This document shows positions 56,966-64,000 of a DNA stretch of 64,000 nucleotides, one piece after another. Numbering within the stretch: position 1 is the stretch's first letter; each line of letters begins with the position of its first letter. The translations under genes and the position numbers were made by a program. Below the pieces are notes generated by a model, which saw nothing but the letters and a program-made list of their open reading frames with translations, did no database searches and had not been told where the DNA came from. The DNA is from Cyanobacteria bacterium P01_F01_bin.150 (GTDB lineage Bacteria > Cyanobacteriota > Cyanobacteriia > CAKZMO01). Location: the NCBI GenBank assembly GCA_039189765.1, contig JBCCYL010000031.1, positions 1 to 64,000 of the forward strand. Direction: 5' to 3'.

Positions 56966-57781
56966 CTAGTCTCCGTCAATGGGCGGTTTCTTGGGTAGAA
57001 AGCTTTTGATAATGGGCAAACTTTCAAACACCATGCCCATTAGCTTGAGGAAAGATTTTTGGGAAAGGTTGCCATCTTGCCTCAATTGCAAATTAGGAGT
57101 TTGGCTTCGTAGAGGCGATCGGTTTCTTGATTTTGTAACTTACGGTAAAAGGCAAAGATTGTAGATGGCTTGGTAGGATTGCCCAAATTCAGCAGAATCT
57201 CTGGTGGAATGGGAAGATTGTTGTCTCGCAAATCTATCTTTTTCAAATAGATGAGCTGTTCAATCTCGTGGGGCAAACTGTTGAGCTGATTGTTTTCTAG
57301 ATCAAGTTCTTTAAGACTGATGAGTTGTCCTATTTCGGCAGGCAACTGGCTGAGTCAATTGTAGCTGAGGTCGAGTTGTTGCAGGCGAGTAAGTTGTCCT
57401 ATTTCGGCAGGCAACTGGCTGAGTTGATTGGAGCGGGTTTCGAACAGTTGCAGACGAGTGAGTTGTCCTACTTTCGGCAGGCAACTGGCTGAGTCGATTG
57501 TAGCTGAGGTCGAGCTTTTGCAGGCTGTTGAGTTGTCCAATTTCGGCGGGCAACTGGCTGAGGTAATTAGCGCTGAGGTCGAGCTTTTTCAGGTTGCTGA
57601 GTTGTCCAATTTCGGGAGGCAACTGGTTGATTTGATTGGATCTAAGATCGAGCTGTTGGAGGCTGTTGAGTTGTCCAATTTCGGCGGGCAACGAGGTTAA
57701 TTTATGGCCGGAAAGATCCAGCTCTTTTATGTCATCTCTGGCGGCCTGATTAATTACCTGGAGAAGTTCGTCGGGTGTCAT
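56966..57781 (-). pseudogene. LRR-Roc-COR (Roco) pseudogene
   Basis: MTPDELLQVINQAA..LDLSGHKLTSLPAEIGQL repeats; frameshift ~57470; TGA at 57355-57357; ends at LYEAKLLI just before the Roc P-loop, then LQLRQDGNLSQKSFLKLM.. tail in another frame. Confidence 0.85.
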
Positions 57782-58087
57782 TGGGGTTGTGGGGACGTAA
57801 AAACTAGACCATATGTCGTCTACTTTAGCCTGAGGCGATAATAAACATGCCAAGATGGCTAATTGGCTTAAGCTTTTTGGGATTTCGGTTTGAGCAACGC
57901 ACGAATTTCCCTGGCTGACTACATTTCGTTAGGTGAGGTCTGAGGTCTGTCCAAAACCTAAAATAAATCTCAACAATATGGTTGAGGGAGGCGATCGCAC
58001 GCTCTAATAGAGAGCATACTGTGTTTTTCCTGAAAGCCCTTGTCATTCCCTGTCATTCCCCACTTCGCACCATAATCTTCCACGCTT

Positions 58088-59599
58088 ATGAAGACTGACG
58101 ACTCTACATCCCGGCCATCCGCCTCTTCGCCGTCGAATCCAGATTCGCCCCCTTCAACCCAACAGCCCCCTGTTGTCACCCCTCCACCACCCAGATTAGG
58201 CGGACGGAGCAATACCTTCCGCCCCAAGGCACTCCAGCCCAAGTCAATTTGGCCAGTGGCCATTCTGGGAATGCTTGTAGTGTTGGGAATCGTGGGCATC
58301 AAAGCCTACAAAAGTCTGACCCAAAACCCCGCCGACACAGCGCAAACGGTGGAGCAACAGGCTCGACTTCCGGTACGAGTGACGCGAGCTGAGCGGGGGC
58401 TAGCTCAAAAGTGGGTATTTGATGATGGGATTGTTTGGCCCGTAAGGCGGCGGGTCCTCACCTTCCAAGCAGAAGGGGATATCCGGTCGATTGCTAAGGT
58501 GGATGGACGAGATCTAAGGGCTGGGGACATTGTCAGAGCGGGGCAGGTTCTCGCGACGATTGACTCGCGACGGCAGCGTTCGGCGATTGAGACAGCCAAT
58601 GCAGATGTGGAGGTTGCGATTCAGCAGCGTAACCAGGCCCAAGCAGCCGTAGTCCAGGCTGAGGCTGGTCTAGAGCGATCCCAGTCGGATTTGGGATTGG
58701 CAAACAGTGAACTGGTGCGCAACCAGGGACTGTTTGAAGAAGGGGTAATTTCGGCAAGCGATCGCGACGTCTTTCTCAACCAGGTGGACCAGGCCGAGGC
58801 CGCCCTCCGCAGTGCAGAGCAGGATGTGCAATCGGCTGAAGATGGCGTGCGATCGGCAGAGGCTCAAATTACGGCGGCCCAGGCACGGCTCAAGGAAACC
58901 AATGTGGATTTGGAAGATACCCAACTCGTCGCCCCCATCGATGGAGTGGTTGCCTATATTAATATTCGAGAAGGAGAATACTGGGATACCCAGCGGTTAA
59001 GTACCGGCAGCGACCAGGACCTGATTGAATCTGCTCCCATTATTCTGGTAAATCCCCAGGATATTGAGGTGGAAATTGAAATCCAGGCGAATGAAGCGAA
59101 TGAGATTAACCCTGGTCAACAAGCTTACGTGGTTCTAGAAGAAGATGTAAGCGCCGCCCAGGCAGCGGGGGCGTCTAATCAGGATTTGTTGGAAATTGCC
59201 CAGCAAGATGGCAGTCGTGGTCAGGTCTTTTCAGTTAGCCCAACCCAAACGCCGGGGAGTCGCGGCACCCAGGTCAGCATCCGAGGCTTTTCGGCTGGAC
59301 AAAATTTACGGGTTGGTGGCCGGGCCTATGCCTGGATTGAGGCTCAGATTCATCCCGATGCTGTTTTAGTGCCGCTGGGGTCGCTGCTGCCCAGGGAAGA
59401 CGCATCGTTGTTCTATGCCTTTGTGGTTAATGAATCCCAAGGAACAGTGGAGCGACGCTCGGTGGAACGGGGGATTGAAAGTCTCAACGGCATCGAAATT
59501 TTAAGTGGCATCCAGCCCGGAGAACTGGTGGTGACCGAAGGTATTAATCGTCTGGTAGATGGTACTCCAGTCGATATTGTTGGCCAAGGAGGGCGCTAA
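58088..59599 (+). CDS. RND periplasmic adaptor (MFP), copy B
   Basis: Colinear paralogue of 45436-46950 (KSIWPVAIL, ARLPV, QKWVFD, FSVSPTQTPG). Confidence 0.92.
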   Translation: MKTDDSTSRPSASSPSNPDSPPSTQQPPVVTPPPPRLGGRSNTFRPKALQPKSIWPVAILGMLVVLGIVGIKAYKSLTQNPADTAQTVEQQARLPVRVTRAERGLAQKWVFDDGIVWPVRRRVLTFQAEGDIRSIAKVDGRDLRAGDIVRAGQVLATIDSRRQRSAIETANADVEVAIQQRNQAQAAVVQAEAGLERSQSDLGLANSELVRNQGLFEEGVISASDRDVFLNQVDQAEAALRSAEQDVQSAEDGVRSAEAQITAAQARLKETNVDLEDTQLVAPIDGVVAYINIREGEYWDTQRLSTGSDQDLIESAPIILVNPQDIEVEIEIQANEANEINPGQQAYVVLEEDVSAAQAAGASNQDLLEIAQQDGSRGQVFSVSPTQTPGSRGTQVSIRGFSAGQNLRVGGRAYAWIEAQIHPDAVLVPLGSLLPREDASLFYAFVVNESQGTVERRSVERGIESLNGIEILSGIQPGELVVTEGINRLVDGTPVDIVGQGGR

Positions 59600-62500
59600 T
59601 GCAGATTGACGAACGGCCTCAATCACCTCATTCGCCACAGGCAACAACCGCAACCGATGCCCAAGGGCAATCTTCGCTACCGACCACAGACAATGGCTCC
59701 GATAGTGGTTCAGCCTCACCCCTGATGCGGTTCTTTTTTACCCGTCAAATTTTTGCTATCCTGCTCTGCTTTATGCTGCTGATGGGTGGGCTAATGGGAT
59801 ATTTCTCCATGGTAAAAGAGGGCGACCCTGATATCCAGATTGCTCGGGCCATGATTACTACGGCATGGGGAGGTACCGATGCCGAGACGATTGAAAACCA
59901 GGTAACGGATAAAATTGAGGAAGAAATCAAAAGCCTCCAGGGGCTAGATGACTTTACTAGCGCTACCTTTAATTCTTTTTCGATTATCAACGTAGCCTTT
60001 AAGGCGGAAGCGCCAGTAGCAGAGTCGATTCAAGAACTTCGGGGCAAGGTGGATGATGCAGAGCCAGAGTTGCCTGCCGAATCTACGGGACGGGAGACCT
60101 CCGATTTTGAGCAACTTTCCCAGCAGGATGCGCCAATTTTGACCCTGGCCTTGACCGGACCCGACTTAGAGATTTCCCTCCTGAGCCAGGCCGCAGAAGA
60201 TTTACAGGAGCGCCTAGAATCAGTCAAAAACGTCCGAGAAGTAAACTTAGGGGGGCAACGGGAAGAGGTTATTCATGTGCAGATGATTCCCAGTCGCCTG
60301 ACGACATTGGGAATCTCTTCCACCCAGGTGCGGGATGCCATCCAGGGCAACAATATGGACTCCTCCTGGGACTTGGTGCGGGATGATGCCATCGGTGCCC
60401 AGGTGCGGATGTTTGGCCGCTTTCGGACGTTGGAAGATTTGAAGAATACACCAGTGGCGCGGCTGGCCGATAGCCGAGTCGTGCGTCTGGAAGAGGTGGC
60501 GGAGGTTTACAAAGGTCTAGAACGGGAGAAAAATCGCGCCTTTTTAAGCTGGCAGGGCAAAGACTTTGCCCCAGCCATCAATCTGGAAGTAGTAAAGGTC
60601 CCCGGTAGCGACACGATCCAAGTGGTGGACGATGCCATCGCGTCCATGAATTCTGCCAAAGATGAACCGGATATCTGGCCCTTTGGCATGGAATATCAGG
60701 TGCTAAACAGTGATGCGGTTCTGATTAATGACGAGCTAAACAACCTGGGCAGCAACGTACTGCAAGCTTCGATATTTGTATTTGCCATTCTGTTTGTGGC
60801 CCTTACCTGGCGGGAAGCCCTAATTGCCGGACTGGCGATTCCCCTTACCTTTGCGGGAGCGATTTTTGTATTGTGGATGTTTGGCTACACCCTCAACACC
60901 ATGGTGATGGTGGGAATGATTCTGGCTTTAGGGTTGCTAGTGGACGTGTTTATTTTGATGCTGGAAGGGATGCACGATGGCATCTTCGTCCAGGGTCTGT
61001 CTTTCCCCAATGCAGCCTTAAAAACCGTACAGACCTATGCTGGACCGGCCTTTGCGGGTCAGTTGACGACGATTTTGGCCATGGCCCCGCTGATGGCGAT
61101 CGCCGGAACCATGGGCAAATTTATTCGCTTAATTCCCATTAGCGCCATTACCTGTTTGGTCCTTAGCTATGTGATTGCCTTGCTGGCAGTGGTGCCCCTC
61201 TCAAAGTTTTTGCTGCACCGCAGCGAAGGGAACCACAATAAAACCTTTGTGGATCGGCTAACGGAAGAGGTGTCGGTAAAATTTGCCGAATGGAGCCTCA
61301 AGTTCACCGTACCCAACCGCACCGTGGCTCGCCTATGGACCCTAGTGACGATTGGCCTATTTGTCTTTTCCATTGTTCTTTTCTCAACTCTTACGGTCTC
61401 CCTATTTCCCCAGGATGATGGTCGCAAGCTCAGCATTAATGTGGAGCTGCCGCCATCGGCGACGCTGGCGCGATCGCAGGAGGTAGGCGATCGCATCGGT
61501 GAACTTCTGCGCACCTATCAGGATGACGATGGCTCCCTGGTGTTTGAAAGCCTTGTGGAACTGATTGGTCAGCGCAGTAACTTGGTGGCCTCCAGTGAAA
61601 TAAAACCGGGCAATGCCGATTATTTTGTCGGGCTGTCGGCAGTCATGGTGGAGCGCAAAGACCGCCAAAAAGATTCCTTTGTCTATGCCCGTGAGCTACA
61701 GCAAACCATTGAACAAGATATTCTGCGAGACTATCCTGGCGCCATTCTATCCTTCCAATATGAGCGAGCTGGCGGCGGCGATGACCCCATTCAGGTGGAG
61801 CTTTACGGCGAAGATATGTCCACCCTGCGAGAGCTATCGGCGGAGGTGCAGCAAGCCCTGCGAGAAATTCCTGGCACTATGGACGTACGTGATGACCTGG
61901 GCAACCTGCGCAACGACTATAAGCTGGTGCCTAAGCGAGAAGCCCTGGATTTTCATAATATCAGCGCCAGTGATCTGAGCAGTCAAGGTCGCTATATGAT
62001 GATCGATAACGACATCGGTGATTTTGCCATCGGCAGCGGTGAGGAGGACTTGGAAATTCGCCTCAGTACCCGCTGGCCCTCCCAACAGGGGGCAATTGGG
62101 GGTCCCTCACGGCTGGATGAGTTTGCTACCATTCGCTTTATTAATGCTAACGGCGAAGCGGTGTCTGCCGATGCGCTGTTGGAGCCGGTGGAGGATGTGG
62201 TGCCCTTGTCCATTACCCACCGGGATACGGAACGAAGCGTTACGGTGCTGGCCAAAAATATTCCCGGTGCGGGATTCTACGATAGCGAAATCTTGGCGGA
62301 GCTGACGCCCAAGCTGGATGCGATGCAGTACAATCTGGCCCTGTCGGATGAAGAAAATGCTGCTGCCGGACACTGGCCCCGCAACTATCGCTATCGCTTT
62401 GGCGGTGATGCCGATACCAGTGGCGAAACCTTTGGTTCTGCCGGACAAATGCTGGTGGTGGCAATCTTCCTGGTGTTTGCGGTGTTGGTGCTCCAGTTTG

Positions 62501-62931
62501 GCTCCTATACCCAGCCCATTATTATTATTCTCACCATTCCTTTTGCCCTAATTGGTACCCTGATTGGCTTTTTCCTTGTGGGACTGCCCTTTTCGTTCCC
62601 CGCTGCCATTGGCATTATCTCGCTGGTGGGAATTGTGGTGAATGACGCGATCGTCATGGTGGAAACCATGAATGAACGCCGCAAGGGCGGCATGGATACT
62701 CGCCACGCAGCAGCCTTTGGCGCAAGTGAACGCCTGCGACCTATTCTGACTACCACCATCACCACGGTTATTGGGCTGATTCCCCTAGCCTTTAGTGATG
62801 CCCAGTGGTTCCCTCTCTGTATGGCGATTATCTTTGGTCTTATGTCCGCTACGCTGATTGCGCTGCTGGTGGTCCCTGGTCTTTACTTGCAGCTTACGCC
62901 CATTACGTCCGGCTCAAGCCATGCGGATTGA
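59599..62931 (+). CDS. RND efflux transporter permease, copy B
   Basis: Colinear paralogue of 42149-45439; TAATG translational coupling to the MFP. Confidence 0.93.
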   Translation: MQIDERPQSPHSPQATTATDAQGQSSLPTTDNGSDSGSASPLMRFFFTRQIFAILLCFMLLMGGLMGYFSMVKEGDPDIQIARAMITTAWGGTDAETIENQVTDKIEEEIKSLQGLDDFTSATFNSFSIINVAFKAEAPVAESIQELRGKVDDAEPELPAESTGRETSDFEQLSQQDAPILTLALTGPDLEISLLSQAAEDLQERLESVKNVREVNLGGQREEVIHVQMIPSRLTTLGISSTQVRDAIQGNNMDSSWDLVRDDAIGAQVRMFGRFRTLEDLKNTPVARLADSRVVRLEEVAEVYKGLEREKNRAFLSWQGKDFAPAINLEVVKVPGSDTIQVVDDAIASMNSAKDEPDIWPFGMEYQVLNSDAVLINDELNNLGSNVLQASIFVFAILFVALTWREALIAGLAIPLTFAGAIFVLWMFGYTLNTMVMVGMILALGLLVDVFILMLEGMHDGIFVQGLSFPNAALKTVQTYAGPAFAGQLTTILAMAPLMAIAGTMGKFIRLIPISAITCLVLSYVIALLAVVPLSKFLLHRSEGNHNKTFVDRLTEEVSVKFAEWSLKFTVPNRTVARLWTLVTIGLFVFSIVLFSTLTVSLFPQDDGRKLSINVELPPSATLARSQEVGDRIGELLRTYQDDDGSLVFESLVELIGQRSNLVASSEIKPGNADYFVGLSAVMVERKDRQKDSFVYARELQQTIEQDILRDYPGAILSFQYERAGGGDDPIQVELYGEDMSTLRELSAEVQQALREIPGTMDVRDDLGNLRNDYKLVPKREALDFHNISASDLSSQGRYMMIDNDIGDFAIGSGEEDLEIRLSTRWPSQQGAIGGPSRLDEFATIRFINANGEAVSADALLEPVEDVVPLSITHRDTERSVTVLAKNIPGAGFYDSEILAELTPKLDAMQYNLALSDEENAAAGHWPRNYRYRFGGDADTSGETFGSAGQMLVVAIFLVFAVLVLQFGSYTQPIIIILTIPFALIGTLIGFFLVGLPFSFPAAIGIISLVGIVVNDAIVMVETMNERRKGGMDTRHAAAFGASERLRPILTTTITTVIGLIPLAFSDAQWFPLCMAIIFGLMSATLIALLVVPGLYLQLTPITSGSSHAD

Positions 62932-64000
62932 AATGTCCCGTTGGTAAACAAATGCAAAACTCAGTGCCTTGGCCTATTTCCGATTGCATCTCTAAACGAC
63001 CACCGTGGGTAGCGACTACAATCCGATGAGCGATCGCCAGTCCCAACCCCGTCCCTTTGCCCACATCCTTTGTGGTGAAAAACGGCGTAAAAATCTGATT
63101 TTGGATCGATTTAGCGATGCCTGGACCATTATCTATAATCTTTATCTGTAAAGTTTGACTATCCGGTTGTGAGGTACGGATAGTAATAGTGGGATTCGAT
63201 ATATCATCAGCTTCTGTCAGAGCATCAATAGCATTGGATATAATGTTAAAGAATGCCTGATTTAGGGCACTAGGAGAGCAATGAATTGAGGGAATATTAC
63301 CATAGTCCTTAATTATTTTAATCTTACGTACGCCATCATTTAGCTTCAACTGATGACTCACCATTAACACTGTACTATCTAGTCTTTTATGGAGATTAAC
63401 GTTTTTATGCTCTGCTTCATCTAGCCCGGAAAAACATTGTAAATCGTCTACAATTCCCTTAATTCGGCAACTACCTTTTTCCATTGAGGAAAGAAGTTTA
63501 TCCACGTCCTTATGCAAAAAAACAAGGTCAATTTCTTCTCGTTTAGCAGCTAGGGTATTAGTGTTAACAGAAGGATCCTCGTACAGGTCAATTAATTCAA
63601 ATAAATTCTGAAAATATCTGCGAGCATATCCTAAGTTGCCATGGATAAAATTATTCGGATTATTGATTTCGTGGGCGATACCACTGACCATTTTTCCTAG
63701 GGCAGACAGTCGCTCTGTTTGGATTAGATGGGCTTGGGTTTGCTGAAGCTGATGTAACGTCTGCTGTAGTTGGACATTATTTGCCTGAAGTTCTTGAGTT
63801 CGTTCCGTCACTTGTTCTTCAAGGCGTTGGTTATAGCCCTCTAAACGATGATAAAGGGTGGCATTTTCCAATGAAATGGCAGCTTGAGTACTTAGAACCG
63901 TCAGTAAGCTGAGACGCTCATCGGTAAAGACTCCCTGAGTCATTTGATTTTGCACATACATAATGCCAACTAGGGTATTCTGCTGGATCAGGGGCAAACA
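62903..64000 (-). CDS. sensor histidine kinase, C-terminal part (GAF end, coiled coil, HisKA, HATPase); runs off the window
   Basis: QAAISLENATLY, GIAHEINNPN, LNQAFFNIISNAIDA, DNGPGI, PFFTTKDVGKGTGLGL. Confidence 0.92.
   Translation of the reverse strand, partial: CLPLIQQNTLVGIMYVQNQMTQGVFTDERLSLLTVLSTQAAISLENATLYHRLEGYNQRLEEQVTERTQELQANNVQLQQTLHQLQQTQAHLIQTERLSALGKMVSGIAHEINNPNNFIHGNLGYARRYFQNLFELIDLYEDPSVNTNTLAAKREEIDLVFLHKDVDKLLSSMEKGSCRIKGIVDDLQCFSGLDEAEHKNVNLHKRLDSTVLMVSHQLKLNDGVRKIKIIKDYGNIPSIHCSPSALNQAFFNIISNAIDALTEADDISNPTITIRTSQPDSQTLQIKIIDNGPGIAKSIQNQIFTPFFTTKDVGKGTGLGLAIAHRIVVATHGGRLEMQSEIGQGTEFCICLPTGHFNPHGLSRT

Larger units (their letters stand above)
1..64000. repeat. HIP1 octamer GCGATCGC dispersed through the window
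   Basis: Many exact copies (e.g. 3557, 3590, 4326, 4373, 29730, 30971) in coding and intergenic DNA; hallmark of many cyanobacterial genomes. Confidence 0.95.

Noticed and set aside
57311..57720. 69-bp periodic repeats as a separate repeat element
   Set aside because: They are the 23-aa LRR codons of the Roco pseudogene

Overview
64 kb of a cyanobacterial chromosome, judged by the very frequent HIP1 octamer GCGATCGC and the Uma2, XisI, DUF1822, DUF928 and DUF1400 families; probably a filamentous lineage (inference). Left arm: an HTH-NACHT-HEAT protein, Uma2 nucleases, decayed toxin-antitoxin and XisI remnants, an xfp-glgP-ackA glycogen-to-acetate operon, and a TetR gene whose candidate operator also precedes a patchwork of gene remnants. 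Centre (17.6-42.1 kb): a cluster with an exported TPR-CHAT protease, two TPS/FHA-type exoproteins, a 1344-aa protein with about ten 65-aa repeats, and a run of sigma factor, DUF1822, CHAT/CHASE2 membrane protease, DUF928 and an RTX/Calx-beta protein. This is the best candidate for an uncharacterised system: a two-protease transmembrane relay controlling a sigma factor, with a candidate promoter motif TTGCA-N17-CCYGATAR seen three times. Right arm: two diverged, divergently oriented MFP+RND efflux operons bracket a glycosyltransferase, LysR, a K+ channel, a C45 hydrolase, DUF1400 and YbaY proteins and a Roco pseudogene; a histidine kinase runs off the edge. Small elements include a 24-nt in-frame insert splitting a HIP1 site in ackA, a MITE whose core is inverted between two copies, and REP-like hairpins. 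No rRNA, tRNA, CRISPR array or transposase was recognised. All family calls are by motif recognition, not database search.
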